Below are positions 26,865 through 41,361 of a DNA stretch of 64,000 bases, one piece after another; positions within the stretch are counted from its first letter, which is position 1; each line of letters opens with the position of its first letter. Below the pieces are notes generated by a model. The model saw nothing but the letters and a program-made list of their open reading frames with translations, made no database searches and was not told the DNA's origin. The stretch covers positions 240,374,001 through 240,438,000 of the forward strand of contig OZ024740.1 of assembly GCA_964016885.1 (NCBI GenBank), read 5' to 3'. The DNA comes from Eledone cirrhosa. Lineage: Eukaryota. Both the position numbers and the translations under genes were made by a program.

Positions 26865-28906
26865 TGTGTATTTGACGTTGCATATCTCCTCGGCTGCTGC
26901 TCGGATACAAGTATTGAGGTCAGCGTGGAGAGATGTCTGGGTGTAGCACGGAGCGCTGCGGAGTGTATAGAGGAGCTTCGGCATGGCGAAGCAGTTCCTC
27001 ACCAGAAAGAGAGCTGGGTGGCCGTCAATCAAGCCCAGTCGGCTCGTGAGAGTCTGGAGTTGTTGAAGTCTAGACCTGGTGGTGGAGCGGATGGTCGGCG
27101 GGTGGATCGGTGACCCGAGGATGAGGACATCCTCTTTGGGGGTCACCTGAACCTGGCAGAGAATGGACCGCACGTCCAAGACGGAGGCTGCAAAGCTCGC
27201 AGCATCGAGGCTGACATTCACCACCTCCGACTTGGCCGAGTTGACCTGGAGGCCGATTCCCGCCAGGGCAGGAACCACCGATTGAAGGTCATGGCAGACC
27301 GTCCGTACGGGCCCGCCCAACGTAGCATCATCCAGATACCAAACGTTGAGAGGGGCCGTGATACTCCGGGCGATGTGGTCAATACCAAAGGCGAACAGGA
27401 GGGGTCCCAAAGGGTCGCCCTGTTGGACACCAGTAGCCGAGGGTATGACCGTATCAGCAGCAAGAAGCATGCTCGGGGCTCCATACGACAGGTAGGTCAG
27501 CGAGTAGGCAGAGGGGGCTCAGCTGAAGCAGGCCTCGAGCAGATGATCACAGCGTAAAGAGTTGAAGGCATTCCTCATGTCAAGCTTGACAATGAGGTGC
27601 CTGGACTCCCTGGATGCCAGTTCCGATGGGCATATGTTGAAGAACTGCCTGGTTGCATGAGCGACCCCCTCACAACCACCGGACACGCCGACACCCAGTT
27701 GCACCGGACTAAACTTCTCACCCAGTTCGTATGTTACGGACTTGCAGATCACCTTGGCAGCCAGCCTCCGGAAGGCATTGCCCACAGCAATGGGGCGTAT
27801 GCCACCCTCTTTCTTCCTAAGAGCGATGAGGCTGGCCGAAAAAAAGAGGCCTCGGGCGTAAGGGTCCAGGGCGCCATGGATGAGCCTATTGGTGAGCGCC
27901 ACAATTGCACTCAGAAGGCGGCGCCCGGCCTCAGCGGAGACGTGGGGATATCAACTCCTTGAGGTGGCCTGGTCGGAGACCATCAACACCTCCGCAGCTG
28001 CTAGCTGGGAAGGGCCTGATGGCGGACATGATGTCTGCATCAGAAGCCACAAGGAGCAAGTGGGGGTCGGGTGGTGGTATGGGTCTGAGATCAGTGGGTG
28101 GCTCAGGGTGTTTGAGTCGCAGAGCAGCCAGGACCTCCTTGGTGGGTTGGAGAACAGTGTCCTCTGAGGCAACAACTCTGACTGCGGCCGAGACATCACC
28201 CATGATAAGCTTGGCGTTTACCTGGTCACGCAAACGCTTGGCGCTGGCCTCGGAGGTGGAGGTAGGGGGTACCTGGGTGTGGGGGTGGCGTCCCTGGGCA
28301 CGCTTGGAATGGGCGCTCGCCCAAAGGACGAGACATTGGCCTTGACGAAGGCTGCTGTTGACCGGCCGCCCCGGTCAGCGCCAGAGCTGGGGAGGGCGAG
28401 GGCGAGTGGGGCGAAATAGAACAGCCGCTCCCAGTCACTGGCTCGATTGGAGTCCAGGGCGCTCTCAATCGAGGATTTAGGGCATCGGCTATCGGCATTC
28501 GTGCCGCTCTCAGGATCCTGAGTGGGATCTTCCGGAGCCGCCTGAGCCAAGCGATGTTGACTAGCGAGGCTTGGGCGTCAGGCAAGCTCGCTGTCCCATC
28601 TGGTCGTGTGCCAGACGGCCGTGGCTGGGAAGACGTGGGGAAGAGGCAGCTCCTGCACCTCCACACTGCGAGGGCATTGGAAGCTCGACGAGTCAAGCTA
28701 ACGCAGGTGAGGTGGTGGAAGCAGCTCTCCCCCCCCCCCAATCAGTTCTGACCCCTCTTCCGTTTGTTAGTGGTGCTGCAAGTGCTGCAGGTGTCAACAC
28801 TTGGAGGGATGGGGGATAGGACGTGGGGCCGGGGACTGGAGCACCGAGCGGCATCAGGAGTGGGTGGCTGGCGTGTGTGGGGGGAGTGCTGGTAAGAGGG
28901 CCTCAT
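26865..28906 (-). mobile_element. CRE-clade-like non-LTR retrotransposon, frameshifted, 3' part missing
   Basis: KKEGGIRPIAVGNAFRRLAAK, PVQLGVGVSGGCE, KLDMRNAFNSL, GVQQGDPLGPLLFA, WYLDD across consecutive frames. No APE domain; GC-rich island. Confidence 0.85.
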
Positions 28907-29894
28907 AACTCACCTATATATATATATAGAGGTGTCAGAAAACAAGAGAAAAAAATGAGCTGCATGGAGGGGGAGACACAGGAAGGTAGAATGTCAGTAA
29001 ATGAATGAGTGAATAGATGAATGTACAAAAAAAGGGAGGAGGGAGAAAACAAGGGGTTGTTCCCAGCGGAAATACCCAGAGTTCAGCACGCACACATGCG
29101 AGTAACTTAGCAGTTTGTCATAGGACCTTGTGGCTGGAGGTGAGTCACTGATGCTGGCGTTGGCTTCCTCTTGTTAATGGTAGAGTTGTTGTTGTTAATG
29201 TCACTGTTGTGGTCGTTGCCTTCCTCTTGTTAATGGTGAAGATATATAGCGAAATACAAAATCCACCAGCAGACAATTATATTAAAAAATGTATATAGAA
29301 ATAAATGTTAACATTTCTGTCTGGGATATAAATATTTGTTTTACATTTTCCCAAACATCGTACAGTACTAAACACGTTGACTCCTCTCAAAATATGTCAC
29401 TGGGGACCGGGAAGACCAACTGACATTCAGAATATATCTTAAACTTCTCTGATGAAAGCATTCAAGAACATTTACATGCTTATAAAGAAACTATGTATTT
29501 GTAAAGAACCTATAAGTGTAGAAAAGAGGTCAGTGCATATACGCTAAACATTCGAAAGGTCGTGGGTTCATCATTGTTGGACTGTGTTTAGAGCAATGGT
29601 TGGCTTTACTCTGACTCAGCACAATGTAAAATATTTATATTCTCATAATCATATATATGCATTCATTGGTATACATGCGTTGATAAATGTTTACACGACC
29701 ATAAAATTCAATAATCAATTGGTACTGTTGCTAGTGGAACTAATGAAATATTTACTGGTCAAGAAAACATTAGGTTGGTCATTATCCTGAGAGGGTGTTT
29801 ACAAAAATCCTGCAAAGTTAATTTAAATATGCTGCATACATTCACCTATATATAAATGTTTAGAATATATTGTTATATGTGTACGAAGTGGGGC

Positions 29895-30056
29895 CAGGTG
29901 TGGCTGAATGGTTAAGAAGCTCGCATTGCAATCATGAGGCCCCGGGCTTGACCATACTGCGTGACATCTTGCAAATGTGCTTCTACCATAGCCTTGAATC
30001 AACCCTTGCCTTGTGAATGAAATTGTGTAGGTGGAAACTATATGGAAGGCTGTCGC
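29895..30056 (+). mobile_element. tRNA-derived SINE of a third family, decayed
   Basis: A-box gtggctgaatggttaag; body similar to 18140-18228. Confidence 0.6.
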
Positions 30057-30754
30057 ATGGATTGTACTTGTAATTCAAAACCTTGTCACATATTGTGACA
30101 CTGATTCGGCTGTGGAATTACGTCGGTTTCGACGATGAGTGCTCATCGTCAAAACCGACGGAGGATCTATCACCCTTGTCATAATATGTGCGTAGTAATT
30201 TTGTTAATGGCTTAGTCCAAAGAGAAAGCACAGCACCCATGGCTCTTTTCATTGCATCTGTGACTGGTTAAGGAAGAGTAATAAATTACCTTCAGACGAG
30301 AGACCTGGTCCAGAAGCTTACAACAGAATGAACTCCGTGGAGGGTAGCCATGAGACAGATACTATTGCTAAACCGAATAGCGGATTACATCTACACACGA
30401 GAACAGAAACAGTCATTCCAAGAATAGCATTCTTCACTCGACTAGTCAGTTGTTTCTGCTCTAACAAATGTCAATATCAAGGCTTTGGTCGACATGAACT
30501 TTGCTCAAGATGCTACGCAATGTGATCGAACACAAAACTAAGTATGAAAGCTGCAAAGCAACCTTCCTGTCTATATGCATACACACGAACAGTCAACTAT
30601 GTAGGTATTTGGTCGTCAAGTGTGGAATTTGTAGAAATTTGGTGTTTTTCTACAAATGTCTACAAATTTCATACTTGACGACCCAATAATACTTATATTA
30701 CTTCATGGCCCCTATAAATACATTCATAAATAACTATGTCTCTGAATTTAGGTA

Positions 30755-30797
<43 letters not shown>

Positions 30798-31037
30798 GCA
30801 CATTTACTGGTTTCAGTTATTGTACTACTACTACGATGTAATATCGACTTCAAGACTTTAGTCGATCATATCAATCACGGTACATATTTTATCGATCTCT
30901 ATTTTGCTGAACTGATAAATTACAAAATATAAACAAACAACACCGGTTAAGCGATATACAGGTAAATACAAACACACACACACACACACACACATGCGCG
31001 CGCGCACACCTTCATACATATATAATTATATATATGT

Positions 31038-31117
31038 CAGGGTGTCCCAAAAACTGTATACACACTTTGATTACCTATACACACAATATTTATTAGAATG
31101 ATGTTTGGAACATCCTG
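31038..31117. mobile_element. Tc1/mariner-type MITE, deleted copy
   Basis: Homologous to 9863-9964. Confidence 0.7.
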
Positions 31118-31137
31118 TATATACATATATATATATA

Positions 31138-31227
<90 letters not shown>

Positions 31228-31496
31228 TGTGTGTGTGTGTGTCTGTGTGTGTCTGTGTGTATGTTTACACCAGGTACGATCAAAATAAATGGTATACTGA
31301 CGTTTTAAAAACGACTTCCATTTGGTTAGTTTAGAACAGGTGGTGTTATATGGTATATACTAAAGTGACACGAGAGATTTAAAACATCCATTCGACGCAG
31401 ACAACATGGCACCTGGTGATGCCGTATTGTCTTCCCTAACAGAGTTGCTGGATAGTTGTTTATCATTAATTATAGATAAATCTGGTAGCTGATGTC

Positions 31497-31552
<56 letters not shown>

Positions 31553-34202
31553 TGAAAAATTGAACGGCAACAAAACAGAGAGGCAGTACGAACAAAGGTT
31601 TATTAATTTCACGCTCTTGAGAGTGGGGTGATATATATATACGTGGCCTTGTGCCTAAATCAGAAACCATTATATATATATGTGTGTGGGGAGGGGGGTA
31701 GAAAAAACGAGGTAGTTTCGTTTACATATAAAAGATATGTATTGTGTATCGACCTGTTACGCGCGTTTTGCAGAGGATTGGCTCAAGGTCACCCATAGGA
31801 GTTATGGACCCGACTCCAGTATCGATCTGCTCTTCAGACTGATATGACAAAAAGATATATATCAGAAGTTACAGCCCTTTATGTTTTGTGTTCAAATCCC
31901 GACGAGGTCAACTTTGCCTTTCATCCTTTCAGGATCGATATAATCAAGTACCAGTTGCTGGACTTGTGATTAAATTAGAAATCATTGCTGACTGGTTTTA
32001 AGCGTAAAAAACATTTTACTTTATGTGTATACCTCGACATTTATTTCCTTTCCGAACAAAACGTCATTTTATTTCGACTGTTTTTATTTCGACTTTTATG
32101 TCTTCATGACGGCAATAAAGGAACTCTCCAACACAAAACAAATTTCGAAATATTTCTGTAAATACCATACAAAAGAATCAGAACATACACACGAATAGTT
32201 TTCTTAGGCACATTGACCTTTCGAAAGTATTAAAAAATGACTTTTTAAACATCGAAGGTGACTTTAATACGTCGTTTGACAACAGCAACAATAACAACAG
32301 TAACAACAGTAGAACTATCGTATACATAAATGATTCGGCAAACAAAATTATTCATGTTTGTTTTTAAATATGTACAAGGCCCAGTCTCAAAAGGAGCAAC
32401 GGCAAACTTGCTTCAGCAATCTCTGTCTCCTTACCTGAAGAATATATTTGGGACAAATAGTATATTCTAATAATAGTTTAAGGTAGTCATTGAGGGACGG
32501 CCTAGGTGATGTGTTGAGCAGCATTTCATCCTATCGATCTGCTCTTCAATATAGCGGCCGAAGCGAAACGTCAGAAATTTGCAAAATACCATATTTTCAA
32601 TTCATACTTCACAACATGGATCAGCGCAACACAAATATGAAAGTCAGGAGCATTGGTAGTGATGTCATTCCCTAAATTATCGTTTTGGGACAATGTAGGT
32701 GAATGGTAAGTATGGACTTGCAAGGCAAGTGCACAGGGACATTACGGAACTAAACAACGCGGACCAACGATGCTGGGCAGAAGGCCCAGTTATTAAATCT
32801 GAGGCAGAAAAAGTCATTTAAAAACTTACTACCCTGAGGAATTGAAAAAGCGAAAAAACGACAACGCCAACTACAGAAGCTGGGGTCTGCTGTTCCAATA
32901 AAACTGCTAAGCAAAGCTCCGGAATCAGTGGAAGAGATCACCTCGTCCTTGACCCAAGAAGCTGACAAGTAAGCCGAAAGACCCTCTTCTTGGTTCATAA
33001 CCAGCAGTGATAGTGAGGGGAAAATGAAAACAGACAGCAACCACTGACTCCGACTTCGTGAGATGAAGTAGTTATATCATCTTTGTTCCCAGGGGGAGAT
33101 GAGCAGGAGCCCTCTTTTTCCTCAACGAACAGCACTACCCCCATTATCTTGTGACAATAGGGTCACATGTAGGCTACAGAACAAGGGAAGAGTAGTAAAA
33201 ATAGATAGAGCAAGAGATATTAAGAGAGGAGAAAAGGTGGACCCGACCTAAAGCCATTTAAAATGGAAGCAGATGATGACATAATATTTACAATCCATCG
33301 GAAAATGAACAAACTACTAATTTTTAAAAAATGGAAATGATGTAATACAATGGATATTTTGGGGACATCCTAGTAGCCGAAGACAAAAGCGACTCGAAAT
33401 ATGGTGGTGGTGGTGGTGGTAGTGGTGGTGGCGGTGGCGGGTAGAGAAAGTGGTGGTGATTGTGGTTAGATTTTTGTTGTTTTTTTTAAGTGTCTTATCT
33501 TATCTAATGCGTCATTCTTTTTCTTTTAAGACAGCAGAGTATGATTAAACGGAAACTCAGCTGATATTTCTAACAGGTTGAACGACATAAGGAATATCTC
33601 TGCCAGACGACATTACATATCACATACGACGCTATGCCATATAGACATACTAGAAATAAAAGCCACCCTACCTGTCTTAAAAGTGTGAGGGCACATGGGT
33701 TAATGTAGTTCTAAACATACTATATGCCGTCTGCTCTATCAAGGCAGACCTGGAGGCTAAACATTAACAACAAATACTACATACTGAACAAGATAGAAAG
33801 TTTATCTAAAGGCATCCTGGATAAGAATGGAGTAATATTAGCAGACACAAGGCCAGATATTTGGGAGAGGGGTGATAGGTGGTCATTTATTGTACTTGGC
33901 TGGTACTTCATATTATCTATCCCGGGGGGAGGGGAGGGGGGGGGGGGGCAAATCAAAGACAAAGATAACATCGATGTTGTTTGAACTCAATACGTAGAGA
34001 GAGGTGACTAAATAACACAGAGCATTTAGTCCTGCATTCTAACAATTGCGCCGATCCACAAGAAGAAGAAGAAGAAGAACAACAACAACAACAACAACAA
34101 CTCAAAACAGCTTCAAATAGTAACCGTTGTTTGTTGATTATGCAGTCAGAGGTCAGGTCATGTTTGATGATATATGTAGGTAGTCGACCACACGACTAGA
34201 TA

Positions 34203-34240
<38 letters not shown>

Positions 34241-34348
34241 GTGTGTGTGTATATATATATATATAAAGAGAGAGAGAGAGAAAATATGTATATGTATATA
34301 TGTATGTGTCAAGATAGATGGATATGTATATATATATATATATGCGTG

Positions 34349-34397
<49 letters not shown>

Positions 34398-34511
34398 CTG
34401 TGTCTGTATGTGTATACATATATATATACTCGTGTGAGTGTGTGTATGTAGTTCATAACTCCACAACGCTCAACACTTCGAAAGTTCGGTACTTTGCATA
34501 CAATGTTGTGC

Positions 34512-34564
<53 letters not shown>

Positions 34565-34607
34565 GGAATACTGTTGGCTTTTCGCTACAATGTTTTCTAT
34601 ACCTTTC

Positions 34608-34652
<45 letters not shown>

Positions 34653-34653
<1 letters not shown>

Positions 34654-34825
34654 GTTTCTACTTTTTGGCACAAGGCCAGCAATCATCCAGTACATTACTG
34701 GTACTTTATTTTATCAACCCCGTAAGGATGAAAGGCAAAGTTTACCTCGGCGGGATTTGAACTCAGAATGGAAATGGCCGTAACTCTATGCGTCAAAGCA
34801 TGGCGTCCGACCCTCTACCGATACC
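34653..34825 (-). mobile_element. Near full-length tRNA-derived SINE
   Basis: Family core, B-box (rc gagttcaaatccc) and 3' end gtagaaaca. Confidence 0.85.
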
Positions 34826-34916
34826 ACGGGTGTATATGCAAATGAGCATCACCAGAAAATGTTAATCCCCCTAAAAAAGTTAACACTTAAGTCTTGGTGC
34901 CACTGCCAATTATATA

Positions 34917-35083
34917 CCGTATTTCCCGCCGCCGAAGACGCTTCGTCTTCGGGGACGCACCCTAATCTTGACAATCAAAAATTTGAAAAAAAAATAAACA
35001 AACTTCGACCTCCAGGATGCATGGTAGATTTTTGAGACCTATTTTAAGGGGAAAAGTAGCGTCTTCGACGCCGAGGGGTACGG
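34917..35083. mobile_element. Tc2/pogo-type MITE (CCGTA...TACGG ends, TA TSD)
   Basis: TA-ccgtatttcccgccgccgaagacgct ... agcgtcttcgacgccgaggggtacgg-TA. Confidence 0.75.
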
Positions 35084-35491
35084 TATATATGTGTGTGTGT
35101 GTGTCCATATGGATTGATGGATTGACGGATGGACGTGTTATGGGTGTGTGCACAATCTATATAAGCATCGTGTGAAGCGCATAAAATAATCTGTGCATAA
35201 AAGCGCGCGTACATACACAGACACACACTCACACACACACACACGTATGTAAAGGTGTTTATTTAGTCTGTTGATATAAGTATTTGTATAATGTACAAAA
35301 TATTTAGGGCTGGGTTGAAAATACTACGAATATTGGATGCAATTATCTCATAGACGCCAAAACTGAATATTTTTTGAGAACTGTACCTTCATGCATAGAA
35401 GTATGAACAATTCGTAATGGAAAATTTATATACACATAATACAGGTATGTGTGTGTGCGCGCGCGCATGTGTTTGCGTCTGTTTATATATT

Positions 35492-35547
<56 letters not shown>

Positions 35548-35631
35548 AAGTTTTATTTAAATTGTTGGGTTAACAACGAGTAAATATTTATAACTGATAT
35601 AAAAGCACTCAACAAGTATTTGGAGTATATT

Positions 35632-35798
35632 TACGATATTAAATAAATGGAAACTATATTTATAAAACCATATTTATTTCATTATATATATTTCAGGGAT
35701 ATCATATTAAAAATATATATGTTTAATATGATATCCCTGAAATATATATAATGAAATAAATATGGCTTTATAAATATAGTTTCCATTTATTTAATATC

Positions 35799-35800
<2 letters not shown>
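35632..35800. repeat. Near-perfect hairpin (~80-bp arms) between (TA)n tracts, carrying a hammerhead 3' half (GAAA-tatata-TA)
   Basis: cgatattaaataaatggaaac...gggatatcatattaaa and its reverse complement. Confidence 0.85.
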
Positions 35801-35878
<78 letters not shown>

Positions 35879-36211
35879 ATGTGTGTAGGGGGTGAGTTTT
35901 ATTGTAGTACAATAAAGCAATGCAGATATCGGATAAGAAGCACTCTACAGTTTGTAGGACTGGAGTATACATAATATATAAGAACAAAAGATGGTTAAAA
36001 GAGTTCCATGTATTTTATTATGCGCATTTCAAAAAGAAATATCATCATGCAATAATATTTGTGTTTATATATATATATGTATGTAGTATTTTAGACTTAT
36101 GGTTACACCTGTACACGCATACATAGGTACATCAGAACGTACGTGTGTGGTGGGCACGTAGGCACATGAGTGCATGGATGGATAGTTAGATGGATGGTGG
36201 AATGATGGAAG

Positions 36212-36267
<56 letters not shown>

Positions 36268-36269
<2 letters not shown>

Positions 36270-36394
36270 TTTCTTTTTATTTGCCACCAGGGCATCAAAA
36301 AGTGGGACAAGTACAATGGGGGGAGTTTACATAACAAGGCGTCCTCAATAAGGAGGAGGCAATAACAAAATATAAAAATAAAATAAAATATAAC

Positions 36395-36395
<1 letters not shown>
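36268..36395 (-). mobile_element. Tx1 LINE copy 4 (diverged 3' UTR) within (GATA)n
   Basis: tttatttgccaccagggcatcaaaaagtgggacaagtacaatggggggagtttacata matches copies 1-3. GATA runs at 36212-36267 and 36396-36452. Confidence 0.85.
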
Positions 36396-36452
<57 letters not shown>

Positions 36453-37175
36453 TAAATGCCAAAAGAAATGCCAATATGTACACCCTCTGACGCGCCCGAA
36501 TGTATACGTACATTATATGTACGTAAAGACAGTATAATAAATCCTTTCGCAAACATTAGATAGAGGGGTTAATATGAACGAGAGAAAGAGGAAGACAACA
36601 AAGAAGGAAAAAGTAAATAAAATAGGGAAAATATCTTACATGAAACTGCATAATCTGCATAGCTGCTATCGTTAACAGCTATCAAGACGGTATCCTTGGG
36701 ATATTTCGGTTGAAACTTATTTGCCATAGTAAAATGGTCACAGATGGGTTATTCTGACCAATTTTCTTCACTATTAATTTTGTTGTTTGTAGGATTCCTG
36801 TTTAATCCACTTTGGTTATGTATGAACTATAATATCGCACGACGACTAGTTGCGATGCTCTCTCCGTCTACCGTCTACTTAATATGCCTGTGTATGTGTG
36901 TTTGTATGTGTATATGTGTATATACGTGTGTTTCTATGTGTACATGTGTATATACGTGTGTGAATATTTGTATATACGTGTGTATGTTTGTGTGTGGTTT
37001 GTATATATGTGTGTGTGGTTGTGTATGTGAACGGGCACGTATGTGTGTGCGTATGTTGAATCTTTCTGACAGGCAAGCAAGCAACACGTCTCTCACTTCG
37101 CTACTCTTAACTTCTTTACCTTCTCTCTCATTCACTTCGTTAGTTTTGTTGTTTTCGGAAACCCTGTGAAGCCAC

Positions 37176-37742
<567 letters not shown>

Positions 37743-38199
37743 GTCATTACCTGTTATAACAGTTCTTTGTCTTTGATTCTCATCTATTACACAACTACTT
37801 AATGTACCCCCCCCCCCCCCTCCTCCTACCACAACTACTTAATGTACCCCTCCCCCTCCTCCTACCGCCACTTCTGCTCTTTACTTGCTTTCTGCCGACT
37901 TGAACCTCTTATATTACTATAAATCTCTCTTTTTTTTCCTCCTATGAAATCAATCTCTTCCTCTCTTCTTCTTCGACGTCTTTTTCTTCTTCTTCTTCTT
38001 CTCCTCCTCCTCCTCCTCTCTATCTCCCTCCCACTCTCTCTCTCTCCAACCACTATATCCCAACAACCCTCCCACCACTACCCCACCCCCCGCTCTCCCT
38101 CACACTTCTACCTACCCAGCTCTCTGTCTTTCCATTTGTTACTTACTACCTTTAAAATATTGCCTTCTTCCTCTTACTATGTACTACATTCCATAATTT

Positions 38200-39220
<1,021 letters not shown>

Positions 39221-39232
39221 TAACAGATTAAA

Positions 39233-39281
39233 GTTTAAGCAAAGAATCGCTGCTTTCACCCTTAACGGGATCTTCTGAAAC
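39233..39281 (-). ncRNA. Hammerhead-like fold with CAGAAGA core (family C)
   Basis: gttt-CAGAAGA-t ccc gttaa ggg t-GAAA-gca gcgattctt tgc-TT-aaac. Confidence 0.55.
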
Positions 39282-39359
39282 TAGCGGTTCTTATATATTT
39301 GATATATATTTACCCTTATCGAGCCCTCTTTGGATTTTAGTCTTCAAATTTATTATTAT

Positions 39360-39436
<77 letters not shown>

Positions 39437-39443
<7 letters not shown>

Positions 39444-39735
39444 AGATCAAAAGATGGTTAAAGGAGTTCAATATATTTTATTATGCGCATTTCAAAAACA
39501 AACATCATCAAACAATAATATTTGTGTTTTCATCAGATAAAACAGGAGAACATGATATGAAGGCTAAAAAAACACTTGTTGATAGTGCAGTTTTAAATCT
39601 TTTTTAGCCTTCATATCATGTTCTCCTGTTTTATCTGATGAAAACACAAATATTATTGTTTGATGATGTTTGTTTTTGAAATGCGCATAATAAAATATAT
39701 TGAACTCCTTTAACCATCTTTTGATCTTATATTAT
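39437..39735. repeat. Near-perfect inverted repeat (~135-bp arms) in (TA)n; family also at 35880-36065
   Basis: Arms 39437-39570 and 39600-39735. Confidence 0.9.
39629..39695 (+). ncRNA. Type I hammerhead ribozyme (mirror copy at 39476-39542, minus strand)
   Basis: ttttat-CTGATGA-aaac...gttttt-GAAA-tgcgca-TA-ataaaa; palindromic loop 3. Confidence 0.75.
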
Positions 39736-39818
39736 GCATACTCCAGTCCCACAAACTGTAGAGTGCTTCTTATCCGATATCTGCATTGCTTTATTGTACT
39801 ACAATAAAACTCACCTCC

Positions 39819-39867
<49 letters not shown>

Positions 39868-39993
39868 ATAATATAGATATGATTCCAGTTCCTCAGTGAA
39901 ATAACAACCTAACCAGGAACTGGGCATATCAGAGTATTGACAAAATTATACACCTCAACAACATATGTACTCGTCTCTACCACACTAATTCGG

Positions 39994-40048
39994 ACTGCCT
40001 GAAGAGGTCACAGCCAAAGATGGCTGTCACCGAAATATATATAGCAGT
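39994..40048 (+). ncRNA. Type I hammerhead ribozyme, intact core (family B)
   Basis: actgc-CTGAAGA-ggtcacagcca aaga tggctgtcacc-GAAA-tatata-TA-gcagt. A mutated copy lies at 49507-49561(-). Confidence 0.85.
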
Positions 40049-40099
40049 AATAAACGAAGCTAAATTTTAAACATTTGACTTATTTATTTTACTTTATTT

Positions 40100-40159
<60 letters not shown>

Positions 40160-40167
40160 TATCAGGC

Positions 40168-40214
40168 TTTCCTGATGATTTCCGCCGAATGAAACAGTTC
40201 TAGTCCTGTAGAAG
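40168..40214 (+). ncRNA. Type I hammerhead ribozyme candidate
   Basis: tttc-CTGATGA-tttc cgcc gaat-GAAA-cag ttctagtc ctg-TA-gaag. Confidence 0.65.
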
Positions 40215-40454
40215 TTATTTCTATAGTAAATATTTATACTCTCTGGTATGTATTGAGTACCTTACTTACTGTGATTACCCTTGATTGAATCCTGGATAAA
40301 CATATATATATATATATATATATATGTGTGTATGTGTGTATGTATGTATGTATGGATATATATATATATATATATATATAGTATTAAGGATACTATTTAT
40401 GGTTATGTATATAATAAAACCTTTTATAGTTATATATTTTTTAAACTCTAAATA

Positions 40455-40497
<43 letters not shown>

Positions 40498-40747
40498 GCA
40501 CATATATACATATATACGTGTACGCCTGTGCGCTTGTGTGTATGTGGGTGGGTATGTGTGAGAGAAAGAGAGACAGAGGGAGAAATTATCATTATTATAT
40601 ACTGAATAACTCCGATCATCTGTCGTCATCTTGGTTGCTTTCCAACGTTGGAGACTCCAGCCTTCTTCAGGTAAAAAATAAAGCCGAGGCGTAGTGACTA
40701 TAACAACCAAGATGAGAACACTAGTTAATCAGCTGAGTAAAATAACG

Positions 40748-40793
<46 letters not shown>

Positions 40794-40936
40794 GTTGTGT
40801 GTGTATATACATATATATATTTATAAATACATATACACATATATATACACACATACACACACACATATATATATATATATGTGTGTGCGTGTGTGCGTGT
40901 GTGTGTGTGAGTGTGTGTGTATATATGTGTATATAC

Positions 40937-40967
<31 letters not shown>

Positions 40968-40996
40968 TATATATGTGTGTGTATATGTGTATAAAC

Positions 40997-41098
<102 letters not shown>

Positions 41099-41117
41099 AT
41101 CTATCCATATATGTATA

Positions 41118-41148
<31 letters not shown>

Positions 41149-41187
41149 TATGCATGTATATATATTATACATATATGGATAGATCTT

Positions 41188-41242
<55 letters not shown>

Positions 41243-41296
41243 GTGTACGTTTATGTATATACATATATATATATATATACGAATAAAACCGTCTCT

Positions 41297-41360
<64 letters not shown>

Positions 41361-41361
<1 letters not shown>

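Noticed and set aside
29445-29510. Additional CTGATGA/CTGAAGA sites (also ~800(-), 40640-40672(-), 58345(-))
   Set aside because: Could not complete a convincing hammerhead fold by eye; probably decayed or chance matches.
30121-30160. Short near-perfect palindromes (also 63163-63201 and 2187-2251)
   Set aside because: Single-copy here, sitting within decayed repeats; no function supportable.
41190-41242. (GATA)n tract as another Tx1 insertion
   Set aside because: No LINE sequence adjacent; it is an unoccupied tract.
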